This document shows positions 1-13,130 of a stretch of DNA of 64,000 nucleotides, piece by piece. A program made the position numbers and the translations under genes. This DNA comes from Phoronis australis (Eukaryota > Animalia > Phoronida), in the NCBI GenBank assembly GCA_002633005.1, contig NMRA01000315.1, positions 293,509 through 357,508 on the forward strand, in the 5' to 3' direction. The stretch's first letter is position 1. The number at the start of each line of letters is the position of its first letter. The notes beneath the pieces are model-generated. The model was not told the origin of the DNA and ran no database searches. It saw only the letters and a list, made by a program, of their open reading frames with translations.

Positions 1-421
1 TCTTACACCTTACCTGTCTTAATTGTCATTTTTCATACTTGTAAATGCTCTCACTATTTAGTATCATATCTTCATTTATATCATCTCTTTTAGCGAAATT
101 TTCATCATCCTTCGTCATTTATTTATGTTGTGTATCTTACTTTGTCAAATAAAGTAGACACTCCATGAACTACGCAGTGAAACGAACAGAATTGAACTGA
201 ACACTGAACTGATTTATTCTACATATCATAACAATATATATACACACAATTACATAACAACATATGATGGGTTACCTATGACACACTTCCTATACCAGGA
301 ATCGCATGACATAATACCAATTAAACTACTGAACTCATAAACAATAACAACCTACAAACATCCTGTTATTGTGTGACTAAGTACACAACAATTTATTATT
401 TAAAATATCAAACTGTTTTAA

Positions 422-3400
422 GAGTCACTGCATGAGAACGTCAGGCAATTTGCAATATTATGGGAGCATGACATGTCACGAATTTTAAATTTGATATAGT
501 ATATATATCACTTGAGGTGAATTAGTTACAAAAATATAAAAGTTAGTTTTGTCTTTCGTCACTTTGTAAAAAAACGAATAACTAAATCGGGTGAAAAAAT
601 GACCTAACCCCTTTTGCGCGACTGTTGAAAATGCCCTATGTTTCCATGGGAATTAAACCACTTTGCGGGCGTTTCAAAAATGAAAATTGATTGAGTTATG
701 AAAAACTATCCTTTTTGTAATTGACAATGCCAAAAATTTTCAGAATGACGTCTTTTGATATTTTTAAGGAACTTTTGAATGCCTTGCCTCCACGGGCCAA
801 AAACAGCTACCAATTTAGACCTATATAGAGGCCTATGTAATTCAAGCGCGCAAGAACGCATACCACCCACACATGGGTTCTGTGATAGCTACAGCTCTCG
901 TCTTTGACAAGATATCGTTATTTCCGTGGACAGCACCTTTTTAATTCTCGAATTTGCACTTTAGCGAAGGCCCTTTCACCACTTTCACCTGTTTCACACT
1001 GCCATCAAAAGAGGGTGGCAAAGCAGAAAATATGAAAAATATGATCTAAATTGAAAGTAAATCGTAATAAAAAATCAAATTAAATTTTATTTAAGGTAAC
1101 CAGAATTGCTTCGAGCTTTCTTTTAGCGATGTTGCGTTATTGACATTTAGCTAAGAAACAGAATGAGGTTCACAAAAATAGGTCACGCTCTGAAGGAAAA
1201 TGGCAAAGCCAGCGAGCCGCTGTTTACTTACAACAAAAATATTGTCAAATACCCGAAAAGTGTCAAGGCACTAGATCACTTGGAAGAATGGGAGTTAATT
1301 GGCAATCTGGCACGAATGGGAGTGTTAGAGACAAAGGAACTGGCCAGCCTGTTAGAACAAAACATCATCTGTCCAAAGCACCGCATGTGGCAGTATCCAG
1401 GTTGTAAGCCAAGGTGTACGTCTGCAGCCTCGGGAATACAAAGGGTGTTCACCACTACGTCAACTAAATAACTTCTCATTTGAAGGTGAGCTACGTAACA
1501 ATTCATAGTATGGGCTGTATACAGTTACATAGACTATTTTTTCTCAGAAATCTCACCGTCATTAGTCATACCATCTGAGAACTAGTTTCAGGTGTGTACA
1601 TGTACGTGGTCTGAAACACAAGTTAAATATTTGATGGAATGGAATATTCTTTTATAGCTTGATTTTTAAAAAGGATTTGTAGTCCAATGCTTACAACTAA
1701 GTTACCTATTCCAACAAGAAAATTGGTTGCTTGAAAAGCATATGGGATCGGAGATGGGGTGGTTTTGGAGAATCCTGCTTCTGATTGCAAACCAATGGAA
1801 CTAGTGGTTGAGGAATATCATGTTGCATCCTCATTGAGACCTTTCATTAGTTTCAGCAATCGGAAGACGAAGATATTCCTGTGTCCAAAAGATGGATGTA
1901 ACAACACTTTTGCCTCTCGAAACGAACTCAAGCAGCAAGTCAGCATGGGCTGGCATGATAAACAGCCAACAGCACTTAAAGATCATCGCTGATGTGGGGA
2001 GAAAGTGGGCTGCCAAAGTCATTAGTATAGAAGGTGAAGTTCATGATCTAACAGCATGTTCATTGAACTCAATTTGGCATCACAAACCCATAAGTTTGAC
2101 GTATAACCTTCGCTGTGCATTTTAGTCACTGATTGTTCCTAGTTGACTTAATAGTCAACATGGAAATACGCTGTGTGATGTTCTATATTACAAACCAAAA
2201 AAGTGAAGCTGTTGTGGAGTATGCTACTCAATAGCCTATGCAGCCATGGCTTGGACGTTCCCACAAATTTAGGCTGGATTTTTTGACGTGGATTATTGTA
2301 TCAATCAGACCACTCAAACAGCACAATTCTCTCACTTATGACCACAGAATTTGGATTTTGTAAGCTTGTTTTGTGAATTCACAAAACATGGCTACCCATC
2401 CAAAAAGCATGACTCCTGGTGTTGCATCCAGCTTTGTTACCTTTAAAAACTCCTCACACACTCTTCCCTGAGTCATGTACAGGATTCTTAGTCACGTGAA
2501 TTTTTGAACTGATTATTGGTTGCAAAAGCTGTGTTTGATTTGTATGAACAGGAATCAGCTTACAATTAGGTGTGTGAGTGGTGTTTACGAGTGTTTGACA
2601 ATTGTTGTTCTGGTAAGTTGCCAATGGACTAGATAACATATACTATCTTATTGAGTTTTACATTTGCAGGTGTAAAAATGCTGGCAGCTAGTACCCAAAC
2701 ATCAGGAGAGTCATACAGGACAATGGGGTGGGCTCTGAAGTCAGCATAAAGGTCTGAAATAATGACTGAAAGCGTAAAGATGTTTTTGACTGTTGCGTTC
2801 AGCGAAGGCATGAAAACTGGTCAAAAAAGCGATCCAGTGAGGTGTTCTCAACAAATTAGAACTGCAGGACATAATCATAGAACAGCTGTTGAATACCGTG
2901 AGCAGTATCTATGTAGATCGTAATCATCAGTGTTACTGTATTCTTGTTGTGCACCTTATGGCGTGTCTATTGCTATGAAGTGATGTTACTAGTTAGTTTG
3001 ATTCCATGACATTTTCTGTGAAATTTTTTTCTCGCGCCAAGAGTGTTCCTTTAACTGTCATTTCGGGGCTATTTGTTTACATTAATATACAGTACAAGCC
3101 AAACGTTTCCTGACAAAATGACCCGGAATTCCTTGCTATGATAGCTGGGGCAAAAGTAGAATTCGTGGTCAAAGGAAAGTTAGTATGGTGGCTAAGACAT
3201 TCTGTAATTAGCTGTGGCAATAGCTATTACCAGTCATTTTTCCATTAACAGGACTAGCCATCAAGTGGGGCAAAGATTTATATTGTCTGATAATTTTTGC
3301 CTTGTTCTGTATTACTGTTTGCAAGCATGCTTGTGTAGACCCATTATGCTGTCATCCCGGTCTTTTTGGTCTGGCATCTGCTGCTTCCTCTCCAAATCCT

Positions 3401-6245
3401 TAGTGAATGTGAAATTTTTTAAATGAGATGACACAAGGCAGTTTTGGGATGTATTTGACTACCACTGGGCCCCTAGTGGCAACTTTACTTCTTCATGTTA
3501 GTCTCTTTATCTAGCACGTTCCTTGACTGATTTTCATCAAATTTTGCAAATAAGTTTCAGTTATGGAGACAGCCACATTTTCCTACTTCCTGGCGTACCA
3601 ATGTAATCTGTGCAGAAATGTTGACATTGAGATGAGCACGACTGACACTGATTGTTGATTGGACGATCTCCTATGGTGCCCTTTAATGGCTGTGCTGTAG
3701 GGGTAAAAATAAAGGTAAATAGGCGCCCAAAGCCCACCGTATCGCCTTGAGCACTGGTCGTAACTGATGGGGCGTAGGCACTACGTTCAAATGCCAAAAG
3801 GTGGTTGGTTGCTTCTACCTGTGCCTACGCGCCACTACACCACTGCTTAATGGCAATTTAGTTTTTCTTTATGTATGCCTCTATATCTACCAATTTTCTT
3901 GAAGTATTTTCGTGCAATATTGTACATTTGTTTCGGTTGAGGAACGAGAACAAACTGCTATTTTCGGCTGGATTTAAAATATTCTGTGCCACTAAAGAAT
4001 ATTATTACTGGCGTCAGCCTCTCTGTTCTTGAAATTGCTTGGAGGATATTTCTGAAAATTTTCTCATGTGTTCCTATTGAGATGATCACGACTGCCAGTT
4101 TTCAGATGAGTGCAATCACTGAGGCGCCCGGAGTGGCAATTTGTTTGTTTATCTGCACCGCAATATTTACAAAATTGTGCTGATGAATCTGAGTGCAATA
4201 TTATGTATGTGTTACATTACTGAGGAGTGTATGTCCGGCATAAATTTTAGGACGTCTGAGTGCTGCGGTGTCCTCTAACAGTTCTGTATCAACCAAGTAT
4301 TTTGATGTATGTAATTTGACAAGAATATGACAGTGGTTGTCTTGTTTCAGATGAGTATAATGTATGCTGCACCACCTAGAGGTTTTTATTATTTTATATA
4401 TTACATATTATTAACATCCCTGGAAGCACACTGCCAGAGGTACAATCTTGGGCGCTTTGCGTTTTTCCTGTTTTTGTATGCTGCTCGGACAAAAATTGCA
4501 GTGTGATGTAGACTATGGTTTCATTTTTACTTCTTTTGATCAAAGATCTCGATACCCAAAACTTAACGTTCACAACCAGCTTTAACACCCACACTTGTAT
4601 AATACACATATGCACTATAATCAATTGCAGGTGGGAAACTAAAGTGTCCAATCCATAGATCGATGTCAACTACGACCAAAGGCTGCGTTGTATAAATTTC
4701 CTGTGTTTTTCTATGTGTTGCAAGTCAGAGTTTCCATGAGTATTAGATAATAAAACACTTAAACTCCCCTATACCTTAAGTAAAATAATTTGACATTTTC
4801 GTAGTCTGTCTGTATTTCAAATTCATAGCACCACTGCAATTGCCCGTTTTGAAATTCTGTATCTACTGGTGGTTTACATCTGATGCCCAGATTAACCAAT
4901 GACATCGCTAGCGCTATGTAGTATTTTATGTACATCTCGAATTCATATTGTTCTAGGGATTTTCTATAATCAAGGTTGGAATCTTCTGGTCCATTCTCAT
5001 CTGAACCTGCAATTCTTAGTCGAATCTACGTTGCAATCGTCATCACTAAAATGGAAGTCCCGGTGATAATTGTAAATACAACGGGCTGAAACGTTGCTTC
5101 AAGAACTGTTGAGTGGAGGTTGGCGAAAACTCTCCTATAGAAATAGCAATAGTCAATATACGTTTTCCGTGCATTGAATAGTTAGCCAAAAATATAGGAT
5201 TTCTCAAAGTTATACGCTTGGGCGCGCCCTAAAATATTGACTTTGCACTGCATAATGAGTACAACTTGCTCAACAGAAGGTAAACCGGTGTGCCATCTGA
5301 TGAGCAGCAAAAAAATTACTACCCGGAAGATTTTCACCTTTAGAGGATGAGTGCTCCTTGTGGGTCTTCGGTACTTAAAGGGTATCGTTAGCAATAACCA
5401 TTCAAGTATGATTTTTGGCTTGCCTCGTGTTAATATTCGTTCCCATTTTTTTCGGAAGCACTTAACGTTACTAGACGTCAAGTAGACATTACAGGACTGA
5501 CCGTTTTGAGGCCGTAATTTCAGCTTTAATTGTAAAGTTCTGAGCACTAGTCGCAAGAATTTTAATGCAATTCCGATTTCGAGCTTTGAAAAAAACTTAA
5601 CGATCTTGTTGACATCGTTTTTTGTTACTCATAAATGTTTAGAACTTTGTTGGTTTGTTAATGGGAGTGTGACAGTAATGGCGAACAGGACGACCGATAT
5701 CAGCGAAGTGGGTGGTTTCAATAAAAGCATGCAGGGCACACAGGTCGCTGTCCACGAATGTTTTAATAGATATGTACTCTACAAGGGCTCGGCTTTCACA
5801 TGTAGTACGTTACATTTCTGAGTGTTTTTGCACGGTGAAAGAATTAACGATCGAATAAAGGGCATTTCCTCCAGTTACACAGGTTGACTTAAGTGGGTTG
5901 AATAAGTATAACAAAAATAGCTAATTTGCGAATACGTTTCAACTATTAGTTTTACAATTTCATGTAGACAGAAGTTGTGTTTATTCAGTATTTCATTCTT
6001 AGTTTCTTTTAATTTGTTGTTGTTGCACAGTGATGCAACAAAAATGCTAAAATTTGATGGTTTCCGAAGTCATAAACTAGCCAAAAATTTCGAGGGGGCA
6101 GTTTTCTGTGAAGAAGGTAGATATTTTACATAAAATTATTTTAGATGTTGACCATTCCACCTAAGAGTAAAAATAAGCTATATTTCAAAATAATCCGTGA
6201 CATGTAATGTTCCCGCATCTGCCTGACTTTCTCATGCAGTGACTC
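422..6245 (+). mobile_element. Degenerate Sola3-like DNA transposon (~5.8 kb)
   Basis: Termini GAGTCACTGCATGAGAAcGTCAGGCA (422) and the inverted copy ending ...CTCATGCAGTGACTC (6245); imperfect TIR continues for >100 bp; TTAA on both flanks (418-421, 6246-6249). Broken transposase-like pieces inside: ICPKHR (ORF 1163), KAYGIGDG (~1735), FLCPKDGCNNTF (~1877), MGWALK (~2723), GMKTGQKSDP (~2808). TTAA + GAG..CTC + long TIR + GWAL fits my recollection of Sola3. Confidence 0.75.
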
Positions 6246-7138
6246 TTAATTGTACCTTTCTAGTATGTATTTAATTATTGTTTTACTACTTTATTGTATT
6301 ATGTTACTGTTTTGTATTTCGTTGTTTAGGACCCTATTGGAAAGCAGTGCTGTCACTGAAGAGGCCACCCTCATTTTAAATATCACAATAAATAAATAAA
6401 TTCCATAACTTTAAAAAACTGACTTTGTTCAGTCTGATTGAAGAGCTATTATACCAAAACAGCTAATAAATAAGACTCTCAGTCCAAGTACGCCAATGTC
6501 TCTTGAGTCAACTTGACAATTTTTTCGAGACCTGGAATACTTCTTTTTTAATTTGAGAACAGATATTACAATAATTTCCGAAACACCACAAAAGTCTCAT
6601 TTTTCCCAAGTTCTTTAAGTCCAAATCTATCCACAAGTAAATTTCAAATTTCGCCTTCCGGTTCTTATAATGACTAAAATGTACCCTACTTCTAGGTTTT
6701 TGGTGCGAAATGGACCCTGCCACACTGTTTTTCACTCAAAAAGTGACCCTCTTCAGTGGCTCTGGCACATCCGTAGACCTCGTACCCTGGGCACTTCTAA
6801 AGTCTGTTTCTTAAAGTATAATTACTTTAATTATAATTACATTGTTATTTTATTATTATTAGTCTGATGAACAATGTTCATTTTGGTCACATTGATGACA
6901 AAGGCGGATTCAGGTTTCAAAACAACGCTGCTAATGTCGCGCTGGAGAAAGGCTCTGTCTTATAAGCGAGGTCTTGTTATCGAGAATTTAGAATTTACAG
7001 TATTTTGCTGAAACACTGTTTTTGTGAATGATGACAGTATACATGGAGNGGGGGGGGGTGTAAAATAGGATGCTGAGCTCGGGCACGTACTTTATAATTG
7101 CTAAAACTATTTCTAAATATACCATTTTCTGCTTACAG

Positions 7139-7313
7139 TCAAATGAGACTAGTGGCCTATCGAGTTACATTTGACTGGTTGCAACGAGGAAAAAAGTTGG
7201 GGCGCAAAAGGCGAACGGTGCTGCCTTCTTGCATTGTGATGGCAATCCGGGGTCGCTATCCGGCAGAGGTCGACCAAAGTGGACTATACTTGGCCGATTT
7301 AGACTTTGAGTAA
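7139..7313 (+). mobile_element. Terminal exon of a P2X7-ballast/Nanor/KolX-like protein (transposon accessory gene remnant)
   Basis: Acceptor ttttctgcttacag, then QMRLVAYRVTFDWLQRGKKLGRKRRTVLPSCIVMAIRGRYP...*. Matches the AYR..W....LG...R.VLPSC.V..IR..(F/Y)P motif of the P2X7 C-terminal ballast family. Confidence 0.7.
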
Positions 7314-7844
7314 ACAGATAAATTACCTAAATTATTTTTACGTTTTACTGATACAAGTGTCACTTATTCGTAATTACCTTGTTCCATTGTTTAATTGTTT
7401 CATAAATACATGTATACACTTCATTTAAATGTACCTTACTTTCTTGTATTCCAGTTTACGTTGTATAGTGAACCTGGCAGTTAAATAACAAAACTTACAA
7501 ATATTGAAGAACTAGCTTACAGAAAACATATAGTGGAGCTTGCTTGATAACATGACAGTTTTTAGTGCTTTGTTGACTTTTAATACACAAGTTTCGCCTG
7601 GTTTCATCAAACTAAATGTACAACAGTACTGTCTTCCTCACAGGGTGTCGAACTGGGCCAATATTCACACCCACTACTCAACATCGCGCAGGGCTGCTTA
7701 CATGCTCTCGGCTAGAGACAACAGCACAGGGCGAATCACTGCTGCATGTAGTTCCCGGAATTGAACGCTTAGTCTAAGTTCGGAGGCACGGGTGACAGTA
7801 GATGAAGTGCCTCCAGTCACTCTAGTGGCCACAACTCGCAAGGC

Positions 7845-8159
7845 TTATCGCTTCAAAAATGCACCTCTCGGGGTTGGCGGCGTGGCAATGCCGGGAAACA
7901 GCAGCGACGGTATGACACCCTTCATCAATTCACCGTGCATGTACATATCTCTTTCGTAATCCGGCAGAAAATGCTTGCTACATACTCGGTAATTTTCCAC
8001 TGCTTTGTAGTTTGCGTGGACGGATAACACTGCTTTCTTCTCACGAACGAGCCAAATACGGCGAAGTGTGTCATCTTTCGGAAATCGATGTAATGTTGCA
8101 CTTAAAGTGCGCGTGAGACGATAATGATTACATCCCGGTACGCATGAACTGTGCGACAT
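7845..8159 (-). mobile_element. THAP zinc-finger ORF (transposase N-terminus, Kolobok-like)
   Basis: C2CH THAP signature: CVPGC...HRFPKD...W...RVCSKHF...GVIPSL. Open for 104 aa and convergent with the ballast-like exon. Confidence 0.8.
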
Positions 8160-10669
8160 ACTGACTGAACCGTAAACAAAACCAAACTACGACCCAACTT
8201 ATCACAACCGAGGTACATGTAGAGCAATGACTGAATCGACAGCTCACACAGTCGGACTATACGAAAGGAAATGACGCGTAATTCTTGACTCCCTAAACGT
8301 CACTTCCGGTGTCGGGGACGACTAATTAATTACATTTCCAGAAATTTTAATTAACTGAAAAATATGTCTGGGATAATCAACGAATCTTATTTTTACTGAA
8401 AATGACATGAAAAGCGGTTGCTTTCACATTTAAACTACGTGTGTATGTGATTGTGGCCTTGATAAAATCATTAACTTGCTACTATTGACCTCTTATTAAT
8501 TTTTTCTCTTAGGCCTTCAAAGGTTTACGGAGAAAATGTCACGTTTTTGCATACCGAAAACAGTGATTGAGCCGTATCTGAACCAAGAAACAGATCAACT
8601 CAGGCAAAACAACAGTAAAACCAAATTAACTTGTCAGTAAAGTTTGACTTATCCTTTATAAGATGGCAGATTATGATGCGCCAATGAACTGAAAAAATAC
8701 CGAGGAGGCGAGGATAGATACTGAAGAAACACAAACGAAGATAACGTGTGCACCTGTAGGCTCACGACGTTCACCCACCTGCATCCATAAATGAAGCACA
8801 GGTCCATAAAATGCAATTGACATTAATTGGCCAAAATATAGAATTTTAGTGGTTTGAATATAGGCACGTGGGACTAAATTCAGATTGGGTGCACCCATGA
8901 CGTCAATCCGAAAACTGCGGAGAACTAGCTACTTGCCGGTTTCACTGAATATTTTCAGGAGGCTGATGCTTCTTCCAACAACGCGCAATAATCTCATTCT
9001 GGTCATTCATCCCTCGCTAACCTAAGCGGGCCGGGTCACGTTCCATACGCAAGACAATCGCAACAACCTTGGGGCGGAAAATCTTAACTTATGGAAGGAT
9101 AATAGCGCTTTTAAAGCTCTCAGCGACAACAGTTTTCCTTTCATTCACTTGCTGGAGCGGAATAAATAGGTACAGAAGCAGGGTTGGAGCCAAGATGGCC
9201 TCCCAGAGTGAATTTTGTTATGTTGTGTGACGACTTCGTTTTTAATGAGCGTGGAAATGCCATATCGGCTGCGTTGTGGAGCTGCAATGCCGCTGATCCA
9301 AGATTTTATCCGCGGGGTTTCGACGAGAGACAAACTGTTAGTGGGTGTTTTACATTACTGTAAAAGTTACTGAGTGGAGTGCCTCCTCTGCCAGTGAACC
9401 TATCGCTCTGTATACGGGCCTGATGTAATTCTATTATAATTGTATGTACGTGTTAAGTTAATTACTTAACGACTTCGATTTTTCACCTCATTCACAAGTC
9501 TAAAAACTTCCTCTTAAAATAATATATATGCCACTTGAAACACATTTACATCGATGAGTAGGCCTTATCTGATTCAAAAGTTCAAATTTTTAGTGCCGTT
9601 GCGACACTGAGTATTGATTTCAAACGTCTTTTACATGTGAAAATGAATTTCTGTGACATTATCTAGCCGAGGTTCTCAATTTCGAGTAGAGCCCATGAAA
9701 TGAGTTGAAACGAATTCAAATTGCATCAACGTAGAAGCCGCTCACAATTATCACATCTTTTACGAGCGTAGGCTACTGTATAATCTTGTGGTTCAATTTC
9801 TTGCTGCTGGTACATGTATATACACTTTTGACATCATAAAAATGACGATATCAAATATCGAAACTCAACTTCTAATTTTTTTACAGCGTACAATATAACG
9901 AAACAACCAATACAGCAGAAATGTCGACAAGATCTTACCAGACCTACAAGATGTACGACGTATCTGAAGATTAGGCACTAGCTATTTCCCGCTTTTCCCG
10001 CTATGAAAAACACTGACCCAGTTGAAAACGTATTCTCATTTATTGTTCGACTTCACTTGGCCAGGGACTTGGTAAACGCACGCCAGCCTCTCAACTCTGC
10101 CTCTCGCGGCATGCAGCTGGCTGCGCATGTCAAACTGGATCTTTAATACGGCCGCTCAAGAACCCATTAGAAACTCGGCCCCGTTTCACGACACCTTGTG
10201 TATCGTCAATAGATTTGTACAGTTAGTAGCCGCTGTCAAGAAGTCTGTTTTGAGCAATGTTCGTGTAAGGAAAGCATTTCTGACATTTTGGTCGCTGATT
10301 TTGACATTTCTTCAACGTATCATTGATCGTGGCTAATATCCAATACTTCATAACGGCACACTGTTTTTGAGCTGCCGACTGAAAGTACGAGCTTGTGGTC
10401 GATTTAAATACGTCACCTGTCATTCGTCGTCAGTTTGCTAGATGTCGCGAAATTAAAGATCTGTTGAGAAACTAGGGCGGCGATTGCGGGGACTTGGAGC
10501 GCTGCCTGGAGAGTCCCCTTGGTTTTCAAAACTCCCGCTCGGATATCATCACAAAAGGTGCGACATTGTTGGTCTGTCAACTAATGTCTCATGATGCGAT
10601 ATACATGTACATGCCTTGTGAAGTCGGCAAACACCAGTTTGAAGAAGTTAGTAAACTCCGAAATAAATA

Positions 10670-11230
10670 CAGACAATGTTGCTGTAGGTCATTTTAATAT
10701 TAATAGCCTGTCCTCAAAGTTTAACGATTGTTCTGTCTATCAGAGACAACTAAAAACTGCACCTCCTCAAAACTGTAGAGTATGTTGTAAATAATCACGC
10801 TAGTCGTAGATTAGACAGAAATAGGTTTGGAGGAGGGTTTTGGTATATGTTCGAAATCATTTGTATCACAGAAGATTTGACTTAGAAAACAACAAAAATA
10901 ATCGTTAGAATCGAACACCTTATCATTGACAGGATCAATATCTGCAAACCTTTTCAAGTTGTGTGACAAACTCAGCTTTTATCCAGTTTCTAAAATTTAC
11001 ATGCAGCAGGTCGACAATTATAATTAAAATCTTTCTTTGTGATAGGAGACCTTAATGCGAATATGTTAAATGTGCCAAATGCAATCTCTCGTTGTTAGAT
11101 GTTATCCTCACAGTGTGTTGCAGAAGAATTCGGGACTCATTAATAAGTACCAGAATCAGTGACCTTCATAACCTCATAGGTATTGTTGCAACAGTTCTTT
11201 TAGCTCACTTTAAACTTAAAAATAACCTAC
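10670..11230 (+). mobile_element. Degenerate LINE APE endonuclease fragment
   Basis: Broken frames give GHFNINSL (~10687), RRLDRNRFGGG (~10804) and IGDLNANML (~11042), typical of non-LTR retrotransposon endonucleases. Confidence 0.6.
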
Positions 11231-12859
11231 AGAAGCATGAAGCACTTCTATGAGAACGTGTTTCAGACAATTCAGCATAAGTGAGGCACCCGTTCATGTC
11301 TCTGATGTCTTTGATGACCCTGAAGTCCGTCATGTAAGCCATTGAAGACCATGCACCTGTAAGACATAAGATAGCAAGGAAGTTTCAGGTGCCTTTGCGT
11401 GATTAGTACTCTATGAAGACCAATCAATATTGAAGTTACGATGAGGCTGCTTTTAGATACAGGTGTACTGCTTTCAAAATGCAGAGGGGAACTTATCATT
11501 TCTCTTAAAAGTAAATCACTCCAAATTTCTGCTTAGCCAAAAATCACAAACAAAATGATCCAAAATCACTTTCGAAAACTATACCAGTACTATTAGCAAG
11601 AAGGCACCTAGACAAGTTTGCGTCTTGTTTGGACTCCAAAACCATATGGACACAGCTTCAAAATTGAAGATATGTAACGCATACATCAAATTATATTTTA
11701 ACTGCTAATCCCTATAATGGTTTAGTTGTTGCATATCAAATAGTAAACAACTCAAAACACTGAGGGATTTAGGGAGGGGGGAAAAAAGTCATCGCAACCT
11801 TAAAATTCTCGCAGACTCGGCAGTTCGGTGTGCGAATTGCTGACTGGCACATGCGCGCATCTAGGGGGCTCGGGGGGCGGAATGCACAATGCATAGCCTT
11901 GATCAAACCCCGTTTCCTGTTCTTTTTAGTAACAAGGTCCACAAACCCAAAAGTTCAAGACTTCCTACAAAATCCTGGATCCGCCCCTGCAAAAGAATAC
12001 TTTACCGTGCTCTTCGCTTTGTATTCAATGATTGTAAAATCGTTGGCCAAAGATCAATGGAGAAAGCTACGTTTTCTGCACGTTCGCCAACCTTCGCAAT
12101 CTTACGATTTACTCAACGGGCTCAAACTGAACATAAGAAATAATCTGCACAAAACCCGTTTTTCCACTTATACGACCCTGAGCCCCAAAGGGTGGATGTA
12201 TTCTATGTCGAATATTTTAGAGCACTAACTTTCGTTTGCGGCTATCCTACCACTGACTTAGGATCGAGTCGGGAAGGTGAGCGAGAATACTATGAGACCT
12301 CAGACTCGGCCATTTTGGTGATGATCAATCAGAGGAACACATACATATCACGCTTTTGTCCTCCGATCAACAACATCAGATGTGCTTTTGCTAGCGTACA
12401 GGGCCATACAATCATTTTGTTATTTTTGAACCAACTCGACAAACAAATACCAACCTAGGCAAATGAAGTCATGAATTTTTTGAACGCTACACATAATATT
12501 GTATAATTTGTTATATGTCCTTTTCTGTTACTTCCATTTTCTATTATACCTTCCAGTTCGCCGTCAATTTTTGGAAGTTAGTTAGACCCATTGACTGCGT
12601 ATTACTTTATTGAACTGATTTTCATCACTTGTGTTATATGCATACATTGTTGTAAGGGTTGAAATTATATTGTTCAATGTGTTCTTTTTTATCAGCTTGG
12701 TAACATTTTCGCTGGACTATCGTAACATTATATTATTTTGTAACCATCGTTTATGTTTTGATGATCAATAAAACGACGACTACTTCTACTTCAACATACA
12801 CGGAACTATTAAGTCACGCAAAATGCTTTTCTCTAGTTATAACGAGATAAAACAATCTG

Positions 12860-13130
12860 TGCATTGAGTTATTCAAGCCCCTCAATGTTATTGGTCCCTT
12901 TTGCCTTGGAGACGTCTTCAAGCTTAAGATGAAACAATTATGACGTCAGGAGCGAGAATTTTCTCATTATTCCAAGCCAAAATACAAGAACTCGCGGTTC
13001 CATTTCTTTTTGCTATCAAGGCATTAAGACATGGAATAGTCTCACGAATAACGTTAGAATCACCAGTGGGCTAAATACTTTTCAATCGGCTGCTCATGAA
13101 TTCTTCACAACTTTTTGCCAACGTAACTAA
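12860..13130 (+). mobile_element. LINE ORF2 3' fragment (CR1/L2 group)
   Basis: Reads SFCYQGIKTWNSLTNNVR, resembling the WNSLP C-terminal motif of CR1/L2-type ORF2; probably part of the same decayed element as 10670-11230. Confidence 0.45.

Noticed and set aside
143-360. Possible solo LTRs (also ~13991-14132 and ~58950-59462)
   Set aside because: LTR-like ends and poly(A) signals, but no convincing TSD.
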